This document shows, piece after piece, positions 25,406-36,728 of a stretch of DNA of 64,000 bases (the first letter of the stretch is position 1; the number at the start of each line of letters is the position of its first letter). Source of the stretch: Syncephalis fuscata S228. Taxonomy: Eukaryota > Fungi > Zoopagomycota. Position numbers and translations under genes: made by a program. Where the stretch lies: assembly GCA_025786725.1 (NCBI GenBank), contig JAHLTZ010000003.1, positions 434,001 through 498,000 on the forward strand. Direction: 5' to 3'. A model generated the notes under the pieces. The model was given only the letters and a program-made list of their open reading frames with translations. It had not been told where the DNA came from and made no database searches.

Positions 25406-26741
25406 TCACTTGGTAATTGCTTGATTAAACAACTTTGCTGCTTCTATTGGTGCATCTCCATCTAGCCAAGCTTTGCCCAAATCATTAAATCCCATTTGAA
25501 CAACTTTCCGTCCAGCTAGATTGCATCCTGTCAATGCAGCGGCCAATACAGCCGATTCACCGCCACCTAGCCAGTCGGTATCTTGTCGACTCGCTGCTGT
25601 TACGCGTGCTGATGGCAGCCGTGAGACAAGACGATGTATTACGCCAGCAGTAAATGTATCACCCGCCCCCACCGGATCAACTACTGTCATCGATTCAGCG
25701 TCAAATTGTCGTGCAGGTGTATGAAAAACCGTTAAATCTGCTTGCACACCACTATTCTTCAAAGGAACCTGACAACTGTAGGCACCATGCTCGCCCCAAG
25801 TACAGAAAAGAAGTGCGCTAATTGACAAGTTAGCAGAAAATAAATAATAGAAAATAACAAGCCGCTTAATCAAATTACCCTGGTCTACATTGTTGGCTAA
25901 TATGCTTTAAAAAGGCAACACCATCGGTAGTGTCCGGTGTTGCTTTCTCCGCGTACAATCGCGAAAATAATGCCACGTCAACCAGTGGCAATAGCTCATT
26001 AAGGCCAACACGTCCAGGTGATTCAAATTCTTGTGAAATACAGCGCGGTGGTAATAGCGATGACGACGACGACGACGAACCATCCAATGCTAAATATTAG
26101 TTCAAGTCAGTTATAATAATAGCAACAATATTCTATTGTACTGTGGCTGGCCTCTATTTTTACCTCGCAACCATTTTGCAAAAGCAACAATCGTAGGCAC
26201 ATTACGACCCTCCAAATGAACCCAATCGACCGTTTGCCGGCCTTGTTTGGCTTGTGCTAAAGCTGTCGATTGTTGATTTGCTTTGTCAAATGTTAAACGA
26301 TAAGCATTTTGCAACTCATCCAGCGTAAGTTCTGGCACTCGCCGATACGATATAATTGTTCGTGTATTAGTTTTCCGGCTAATTAATACCATTGCACTAG
26401 GCAGCGATAATCCTGGCCGATACGCGCAGCCTTCCGTATCCACATGATTTTTGGCCAGCTCATTTAGGTAATGTCTAACAAAAAATATGTCTAGAACTAT
26501 CTCTGCAACGCGCTTAGTCTACTTGCTGTGACTTATCGACATCACCAAGAGAAGAGACAAGAAAGACACACCGTGCCGGAAATTGAGCCAAGACAGTTGC
26601 GGAATTGCCTCCATTGCCGCCGCGTCGTTCCTCGATAGCAAGAGAAGGCACTTTACTATCTTCAGCCGGATACTCTGCCAAGTGAAGCAATGTATCGACA
26701 TAAAAAGCACCTACCAACATAATACTGTATGGCTTGTCCAT
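25406..26741 (-). CDS. KHK: PfkB/ribokinase-family sugar kinase, ketohexokinase-like (multi-exon)
   Basis: Motifs RRGGNGGNSATVL, DWVHLEGRN, LFCTWGEHGA and VVDPVGAGDTFTAG (PfkB anion-hole signature) match the ketohexokinase subfamily. Probable indel near 26100. Confidence 0.8.
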
Positions 26742-27804
26742 GGTAAAAAGTAAAGAAACAGATACAAGCAAGAGTTGTTATCATAATGATAATAGTTGGC
26801 ATTATTTTGCCTCCTCATTCAGCACGTAAATCTTTTTACGCAATCAATTGTAATAATTTGAATAGTTGATTTGTGTTTAAATCATCATTCATAATAAATA
26901 TTAATGTAATATAATAACATTATCACTTCCATAAACTATAATTTATTGTAACAGAACATTGTATCAGTAATAATATTAAATATTTAAATAAAGAATGTAA
27001 CATACTATTTGAGTTTTTTGAAATATTTGAGGTCGATCATTGTTGTTACTGGCTATGTGTAAAAGATTGATTGAATATTAATAGAAGCCATATGATTGCG
27101 ATTCCATGTCATTCTGCATTTGTTGTTATTGCATCTGAATGATCTCTTATATTTTCTAATATTCTACTGTTGCATGTTGGGTATATTTGTAATGTAAGAT
27201 CAATATTAATATAATTATTATAAAGTCGTTTATTAAACAGCCATTTTCCCTATAGCCAATCTGACTAAATAAATGGCATTTTGAACAATCAATATTATAA
27301 TGGCAATATATATATATTAAATAATAGTAAATATAACTAATCAATTACATTATTGTATTGATAATTACGCATGAATTAGCTAATGTTGAATGCAATATTA
27401 TACATGTTATAGTAATGGATGGGTGCTTAATTGTATTTAAAGAAAAAGGTGGTGAAATGAGTAAATAAAAAATGTAAAAGTCAAGGTACAATAACTCCTA
27501 TATTTTAATATAGCCATTGCTGGAAATATAGATTAATGTGGATTATGCACTCCATATTTTTAGTTACACTGTTTTGCGCAATTATACATAGACACATAAT
27601 AAATTAATGTAATTAAATATGAAAATTTACTGTTACGCGATGATGTAGTAGTGTGTGATCAAGTATGTGTCAAAATTAAGAAAAAAGATAAAGGAAAGAC
27701 AATTGCTGTATTACTGTACTTATCAAACAAACGCTGGAATTAGATACTCGATGTTATTAGCTGATGGGATAAAGATTATTGAATTCAATTGAAGTAGTAT
27801 TCAA

Positions 27805-29512
27805 TTAAGCTGAGGAACCAGTAGAAGGATCGACAGAATACACGTTATCAAGATCGATAGGAACAGTGCTTGAATCGGAGTAAGTATAGACATCGGTTGA
27901 ATTGGTGCCGGACAATTCTTGTTGCTTCATTTCGTCAAGTGCCGCCAACTTGGTATTAGCAGCCGTAACCAATGCCGTTACATTAACTTGTCCATTTTCG
28001 GCGCGAGGCACGCTAACAGGCACCTGGGTATTGCCTCTTGCAACGTAAACGGTGGACTGTTCGGCTGCAACAACCGTCAGTAGTTCTTGATTATTGATTA
28101 TAGCAGCAGGTGAGATATAGCCTGGCTGCTTATTAAGACGAATAACTAGCTCTCGTAACATGGTCTCTGTTTCACGAATAAGCGTTTTGTTGAGATTTTG
28201 TCGACGGATAATTTCCTCTCTAAGCGGTGTGCAAGTACGAAGACTAATGATATGCTTGCGATCAGTCTCTTCAAGATCATCCGCCTGTCGTTCTTCTTTG
28301 TGCTGATAAATCTCGTCAATGTCCTGCTTGCTAGAACGCTGCCCTTTTGTCTTCCATTTAATTAGTTTGTGCTCTACAAAGGACGATACAATGTCATGTA
28401 TAGTGTGGCCAATGCTCACACCGATGCTAGCCTTGAGGTTACTGCCGATGCTGGCGCCCACGTTAGCACCGATGCTATTGCTGATGCCGGTGCTAATACC
28501 AAACAAGCTATGGTCCAATAGACCTCGACGACTGAATCGGCTATTATTGTTTTCATTGCGATTGGCTAGTCTGTCATAGACGTAGCAGAGACTGCGAGTG
28601 TCCATAATATCACCAACGCGTACATTAAACGGAGTAAGCACATCGTTAATGTTAGCACGTGAGTTATCGGCGTTACGGCCACCGTAGTCCCTAGCATTTC
28701 GAGAACTACGTGCTTGCCACAGCGCCCATTGCATATCAATAAACGAGTGATGGATATAGAAAATTGGATCATTGGGGCTATAGGGCGTACCCATATGACC
28801 GCCAATATTAGCATGGACAAGATTGTGCGCGGGAGATTCAAGTCTCGCATTAAACTCGGCATAGTTTGCCGCTTCATCGGCAACTATTCTAAGTGCCTCA
28901 GGCGAGTAGAAGGAACCTAGACGGGACCCGCCATTAAAACGTCGCTGAAGACAGTAAGGCCGAGGAAAATGTGTTCGCCATCTTGCAAGTTGGCCATCCA
29001 TGACGCAACCATCGCTCCTACGGCCATTGCCGCCAAACCAGGTTGGTGAAAAGATGATATCATTGTCGGGTGCTTGTGAAGTAACCGACCAATCCTATAA
29101 TAAACAATAAACAGGAATACATTAATATTGAATCAATAAAATGGTAACTGCAATAAATAGAACTTACCCAATAAGGAAGCATCACACTAGGATCGATGCG
29201 TTGTAATTGGTATTCAAATGATCGGATAAACAAGCGATGCCAAGGTAAAAACCATGCCGTACCATGGGCTCTGGTCTGGTATTGGGAGTGTAGATTAGCA
29301 AACGCATCGTAGCTGTTTGGACGTGGTAATGATACCAGAGTGCGAAGAGCGCTGAAAAAAGCATCCAACTGTTGCCGGTTCAGCCTTTTAATATCCTGTC
29401 GCACACGGATGCTACATCCTTGAGCATCGACTGATGGGATGCCAGTGTCAACACCGGCAAATAGACATGTAGCAACTGCTAATGTTGCTGTTAAGAAGCG
29501 AGAAAACCGCAT
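27805..29512 (-). CDS. Secreted tyrosinase-like protein (TYR10); exons 29512-29168, 29094-27805
   Basis: Signal peptide. CuA HSQYQTRAHGTAWFLPWH, CuB LESPAHNLVH..DPIFYIHHSFID, LCYVY, SRRG site, C-terminal module. Confidence 0.93.
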
Positions 29513-30314
29513 TTGGATGTGTTACAATGTGATGCTGATTACGATGTAAATATTAAATGCAGCAATTAATCGAATGCCAGATAGAAGTTGTGTTATTATT
29601 AGTAAATTTGAGTATTAATGCGAGTAAAGCGGAATGATGAAGCACTAAGCAGCTATTTGGTAAACGGTCGACCAGCGGTAAACTAATGCGAATGCACAAT
29701 AAAAAGGCAATATTAAAAGCTATGTGGTTGTCTAAACGTACTGCTTCTATATCGGCGTGCTTTTATAAGTCATGTAGCAATGGCCGTGTAGCAATGGTCA
29801 CGCAGTATTGTCCAAAACAAGCTGCTCTATAAATCATAATACATTTCCATATAAGGATCAACTGTATCATATTGTATGATGTTGCTCGTTAGGAGACAGC
29901 TTTTTACCATAAACAGACATGCAAACCATCTACTTTTCTGGTTTATTGAGAACCTGGACAAGCATTACCGGATTATCAGGCTGTGGTTGTCACAGATATA
30001 CGTTTCCGTTTATTCTCCTTGTTTTACTGAGTATTTGCAATGGCAAACGGAATAGAGCTATTTTAAAAGCAATAATATATAGATTTACTGGATATTATAC
30101 GAAACATTGTATTGAGGAAAAAACGGCTAACATGCAAGCACTATACTATTTTACCGAACATTAATGATGCAATATATTAAAATTGAGCATATGTTTGAAT
30201 AATAATTCAAGCATTTTAATTTTAATTATTCAAAACAACGATACAACATGCAAGCGCGTTTTAAATGCTGCTATTTATTAATTCAAATTTAAACATGTCT
30301 ATACACATTTAGCT

Positions 30315-31146
30315 TTATTGCTGTTTTTTAGATTCAGGGAACTGAATAACACCTTCAAGAATAGAGCTAAATCGCTCAGGAGCCTGGATCGGAAATGGCA
30401 CAAGTCCCATGTGTCGTTGCTCATTTAGTGCGGTAATTAATTCACTATAGATAGAGTAAGACCAAGTATACGTGTGGCAAAAATACACAACCATGCACAG
30501 CAGTACTTACTCGCATTCTGCTGCAACCAAATAATCCTCTTTATGAAGAGCAACTGCCAGTTCCGCCTGATGATTATCCATCAAGTCGGTGTTGGCTACG
30601 ACAATAAGGGGTTTATTCCAGCGTAATGTTTCCAAAATAGACCCTGAACCTAGTTATCCGGTTAATCATATTTTCAATAACTAACATCACTGCTGCTATG
30701 GCAATATTCATCGTGAACTAACCAGCATGGCTGATCACTAGATCGGCCATTCGTAAATCGCCAGCCAGAGATGGTCGATAGTCGTATCCTGAGATGACAA
30801 TTGTCAACTCATAGTCTGTTTTATTACTGCTATCATATTCTTTTTCTACCCATTGGATTAGTGTTTCATCAGTAACTGGGTTGTAATGATAGTGTAGCGC
30901 GTTGTTTGAACTATTACTAGACAGTGCTGTTGTGAATGTTGGTTTACTGCGGCCATACTGTACAGTAAGCCGTTGGTAACCAGCGCGTACTGCAGCGTGC
31001 AGGAATGGCGCCGACGTGACGGTACGCACTAACGCGTCAAAGCCCGTTGAGCCTACCGTAACAAAGATGGAGCGGCTACCTGCACTTAGAGCATACTCAT
31101 TAGATGCTGCCGTTGTATAAACCGAATGTGGATAAACAGCGGCCAT
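30315..31146 (-). CDS. ALG13: UDP-GlcNAc transferase catalytic subunit Alg13 (GT28 C-terminal domain), 3 exons
   Basis: [23 protein letters not shown]|[31 protein letters not shown]. Confidence 0.9.
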
Positions 31147-33164
31147 AAGTAAAAAATAAATAGATAGATTCACTGCTTTAGCCACAATGGCTGTGTATTA
31201 ATTTGTTATTATTATGCGATCACAGCTGCTAGATATAATGATGCTAATTCACATTGTCATTTGACCGCTAAATCACATTCAATGGTTAATAAACCGTTTT
31301 TCTATAGAAGTTGTATTATAATATTAAATAACACACAACATATCATATGTTTATTAGGTGAACAATAATATGCGCTCTTTTATAGATGCATGATCTAAAA
31401 TATTAGCCTGCCACATAGGTCTGATGTTTAGAAAAAAGGAAACGAGAAAAAAATAAAATAAAAGAGATAAGACGTAGGAAGAAACCTTGGATGTTAAGGC
31501 ATTAAGGAATAAGATCTGTCAGATCAAGGAGAAGAAAATGGGCGTAGTGTAAGGTCTACGCCTTTTTGTTACAATATCTTACTAGTACTATATTAAAGTA
31601 TCTAATAGAGCCATACGAATTGTCTATAAATATAAACAGTGTCAAATAATTTTACTATTTATATACAAGAACACCCTATAACATAGTAAACATTGGTAGT
31701 TATTAGTTAATGGTATATAAGTAATTCAGCTAATAATTTATTTAAAACGGAATGTTAATGTGTTGTCACTCAGTGCGTAAGCTCAGTATCAAAAGTTAGA
31801 TGGAATAGGCAACTGACCTATGCTACAAGTACACCGTTACATCTAAATATCTATTAAGCCTTTAAAAATCATTCTAGAATAAAAAGTATTATTCTATGCC
31901 ATTCTATTGCCAGCTGAAAATAAGCATGCGCCTTGTATAAATATCATGTCAAAATAATTTGAAAAACCGCATCATACTTTACTCGTATTCATTTACTTAT
32001 CTTATTTGTCCTCTGTGCTTGTCCCTATAAGCATGTACATGTTTACTGTATGGTCCTCGCTTTTACTGTTTAAACATCTGTAGGAATAAGCTATGATAAT
32101 GGTATCGACCTGCCTGACTATCAGTTAGTCAACAGGCAAGTGGTGTTGGTTGGTCACAGAGGCAGCTACGCTACTTTGCAATATGGTCACTCCCGAACGG
32201 GCACTGCCAAAAATCAATTTCTATACTGTGTTTGCTTCAGTTTTAGTATTTATGATGGATCGTATATATGTCTACAGTTATTTGTGTAAGCCATAGTATA
32301 TTGCTTTGTTTATAGGATCTATTGGTCGTTTGCTACTTTACCCCTATCAGTTAATTGATGCGATTATGCCGTATTAAGGGCTTGATTACGTACAATGGAT
32401 CGTACGTAGACGTGGCCGTCGAGTCTCAGTATACACTAGTCCACCGACTGTAGTTCAAATGTGCAATTACCAGGATATGTTTATTGCCTTAAGCATAGGC
32501 TCGAGTAGCGAAATGGTGAAGCGCTCAATGTGAGCACGATGGCGTTGGAAGGGTCATAGGTCGGCGGGAATACCAGCGGTAGATGGCCGCGCTAAGGATG
32601 CGCTCGTATTGCCACAGATTACCTTGGATCTGGTATTGGTCTCGCGCGACAAGCACTCTGGAAACGGCCAATTGCAATAGTCATTTTAGCGTCCTTTTCC
32701 GTACTCATTCGATAGATAGACATTTGACGTATCGACAGTAGCTTTTTGGTATATTTGAAAGAAATCATACCTGTTTATGACGACAAGGGCGTCGGACCTC
32801 CATCGGATATTATTGCCCGATGCGAAACTGGTACATCAAGAGTTAAACGAGATAGACCAGACGGCTTATACCACAAGAGTGATGGTAAATACACTACACG
32901 TCTTTGGCATATAAAAATCACTTTATAAATGCTATATTGTGGACAAATAGCTATGCGTTCTATGTAAAGAAGCATGCTGTACTAGCTAATAAACATATCA
33001 TACATTCATCATACATATTTGCTTTAGTTGTTTTGTGTGCTCGGCTTTTATACTTTGTTGTTTACTGCATAGTCGTTATTTTTAATTTTTAATTCTATTT
33101 ATTTATTATAATGTCAATTAACAATTACCAATCTAAATACTGTTTAAACTGTTATATCAAGTAT

Positions 33165-35249
33165 TTAGTCCTGTCTTGGTTTTACGAGCTGTCTAAGATG
33201 TCGAATAAATTTTAGTTCACTTTTTATACTACAAAATGGTTAATGGTATTAACTGTATAGTGTTTGTTCATCTCATCTATCTATCTATCTATCTATAAAG
33301 GATACGTGACAGCGGCAAATGGTAAAAATACGCCTAAACCAATGCCAATATGCATTCCCTTGTTTCGTAGTGTAATCCAGCCAATGTATTGTTCAGACCA
33401 CCATGTTACAGCACAAGCTAGCAATGCAATCAGACTAGGTAGTTTAGATGGCAACATATGTTTAGCCGATAAATAAGCACTGGACTGATCATTTGTTGTT
33501 GATACCGGCCCTAGTGCCGATTCAACTTGTGTGACACGACTTTGAGCAAATCGTAGACTCCATACAATACGGAGCAGCATGTTAAACGCATTAGCAATGA
33601 CCAAGGCAGCAGCACCCATATGGAATACACGCATAAGTAGAGCACCCAGTGCTAAATACATGGCCGAGAATAGCATCATAGCACGACTTTGAGCGGTAAT
33701 ATCCATAGGTCGTGCAACTGCTTGCACAAATGATTCGGTAACACCGTTGACACCCATAATGGGAACATATATACAGTAGAGGGCAAGAACTGCTGGAGCT
33801 GCTGTTTTAATCGACCACTGGGAACCGGCCAAAATGTCTACAAGTGTACCGGTATAAGCTGGTGCAAAACAAACAAATACAAGCCCACATAATAGGTGGA
33901 ACTTGATTATGGATACCAAGACTTGACAGACATATTTAATTGCGTTCTGACATGGTTTACACGTGTAGCATCTGCCTCTGATGATTCAGTCGATATAGAC
34001 ACAAGTGTGTCGTCATTAGGAAACGTCTTGGCAAAGAATACACGAATGGTTTCTTCCATTGGCTGATAAACAATTCTAGCTACTAATGAACCTATTGACA
34101 GTATATATGTGTAGTGTTATCCATTGCCTACAATAAAATGCAATGCTAGACTTACCATAGTTAACGACAAATGCATAGATACCTTGATCGTAAGGTGAAC
34201 AGAATAACGACATTAATATTTTGTCACCTTCAGTAAGTAAATGTTTGAGTATAGACTGTTTAGCAAATGTGCCGGCCAATCCAAGTAACTGACGGTTAAA
34301 GTAATAACGCCTAATAAATTGTTACCTATGTTTTATTGTTGTTTTAAATAACTTACCGCTTATCAGCAGTCATAATAGGTCGAGGTACAAGCTGCCATAG
34401 AGGTATGGTATTAATGTCGTTTGGATGTTGAAAGGCTTGTTTAACGAAATACAGCACATGGCCCCCTACAAATAACAGACTGTAGGTAAGTTGAGCAGCG
34501 GCAAATGCCATTATACCAAGTTGATTGACACCATCTGGACGGAGCGACGCTTGCTGTGAGCCATAAAGAGTAATACCCAACGTTGTAAGACAGCGAACAA
34601 CAACGCCTACACCTTCGGTGACAACTCGTAGTCGAAATAGCATATTCACCTGCGTAAGAATGAAAAGAGGCTCAGCTGCCAGTTCTATTAAAGATGAAGC
34701 CCCATATAGCAGAACGGCAATGTCGTAGTATGGCGGTTTATCTGCCTCTGCAACCGAATACCACATGTAATAGCTGCAACATAAAATAGAAGCTGCTGTT
34801 CCTATTACCACTGGCAAATAGGAAAGATTAATCAATTGTTGTGTACGTCCCATACGACTACGCTCCAGCACAAATGTACGCTTTTCGTTCGTTAAATCCC
34901 TGGAAGAGTCGTTGCCATCATTATTGCTATCATCGCCATTAATGGAGGTATCATCGGTACGCAGTAAAGCACAGCGGAATCCCTCACGAGATAGAAATAA
35001 AACCGACGCAATTAATAGTTCTAATTGAATAGAAGCTACGCCAAGAACATCGGGTGTAGTGTAGCGTACTAAAACCTGATTAAGCGTAAAAGTAACCATA
35101 CGCGAGAAGAATTGTAGCATGACGAGATATGAAGCACCGCGCATGGTTTGTGATAATACATTGTTGCTTGAAGACGCGGCATGAGTGGTGGTGGTATTGG
35201 CAGTATTCTGTGCCGCCCCAGCACGTCTTGTTAAAGTCGGTTCACTCAT
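33165..35249 (-). CDS. RFT1: Man5GlcNAc2-PP-dolichol translocation protein Rft1 (multi-exon, probable indel ~33950)
   Basis: LQFFSRMVTFTLNQVLVR, LFLSREGFRCALLR, KQSILKHLLTEGDK, VVNYGSLVAR, NGVTESFVQAVA. Confidence 0.9.
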
Positions 35250-35528
35250 ATTTAGTTGTAAATAAAAATAAATTAGCTGCTCATTCAGTAGATTGTTTTA
35301 TTTAAAGGAGCAATAGCGAGAATTAAGCTGTAGACGAAGCAACACATAGATTTGAGATAGTTTAATTAGACTTGCAGAAAACAAATTGACCAAATTACTT
35401 ATTCATTTGGTAACATTATTAATTAATAATGCCATATTTAATAAATTTTAGATAAAAATTCCACATAACATCCCTTCTTTTATGAATAAGAAATTGCTTT
35501 TGCTTTTATTCAATAAGTACTTGTAATC

Positions 35529-36728
35529 ATGCCAGTTGGACGCTACTTACTCCGTTCTATCGCCTCCTCCAAACCACTGCTTTCCTGTTGGCAGCCTTAT
35601 GCCGGCGGTATGCAGCGCACCATCTCTAGCACCGCAGTAAGCAAAAGCAGCAGTGATAAGCAATAGATGTGTAATAATAATTGCTGCGATAGCTAGACGT
35701 AAAAATCGTCGAAGTAGGACCTCGGGACGGTCTCCAGAATGAAAAGAAGATTGTGCCAACTGAGGTCAAAGTAGAGCTTATCAACCGTTTAACTGCAGCA
35801 GGCTTACCTGTAATTGAAGCTACCTCGTTTGTATCGCCCAAATGGGTACCACAAGTAAGCGATTTATGAACATAAATAGTTATCTGGATAGGGGGCAATA
35901 AAATTATACCAAACGGCTAACTGACGAGCTATCGATAGATGGCCGATGCCAAAGAAGTAATGCAGCATATTAAGCGACAGCCACACGTTAGCTACCCTGT
36001 ATTGACACCAAATCTAAAAGGAATAGAGCAGGCGCTTACAGTGGGCGTAGAAGAGGTAGCAATCTTTGGTGCTGCATCAGAAACGTTTAGCAAGCGTAAT
36101 ATCAATTGCTCGATCGACGAAAGTCTGGCCAACTTTGATGAGGTTATGCAACTAGCAAAACAGCATAATGTTCGTGTTCGAGGGTAACTATTGTTTATTT
36201 ATTGAAGTTGAAACAATACTGATTTTACGTACTATTAGATACGTGTCATGTGTGCTTGGCTGTCCCTATGAAGGTGCCATTAGCCCCAATAAGGTGGCTC
36301 AAGTTGCAGAAAAGTTACATCATATGGGCTGTTACGAGATATCATTGGGTGACACAATTGGTGTAGGCACACCGGGTGCTATGAGAAACCTAATAGAAGC
36401 CGTGACCGAGCGTGTACCGGCCAGCAAACTAGCCGTGCATTGTCACGATACTTACGGCCAAGCATTGGCCAACATCCTAGCTGCTTTGGATATGGGCATA
36501 CGCACGGTGGATAGCTCAGTGGCCGGTCTAGGCGGCTGTCCATATGCCAAAGGCGCAACGGGAAATGTAGCGACTGAAGATGTTGTCTATATGCTTGAAG
36601 GTCTAGGCTTGACGACAGGCGTTGATTTGGCACGACTTGTATCAGTGGGTAATTATATTTCAGAAAAGCTTGGACGGCCCAATGCTTCTAGAGCGGCCAA
36701 TGCTATCACAGCACGCGATCACTCATAA
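35529..36728 (+). CDS. HMGCL: Hydroxymethylglutaryl-CoA lyase, probably mitochondrial (multi-exon)
   Basis: [73 protein letters not shown]. Arg/Ser-rich N-terminus resembles a presequence. Confidence 0.93.

Noticed and set aside
32140-32175. VLVGHRG resembling the N-terminal motif of glycerophosphodiester phosphodiesterases
   Set aside because: The expected downstream PENT and E-x-D motifs are not visible; the match is too short to support.
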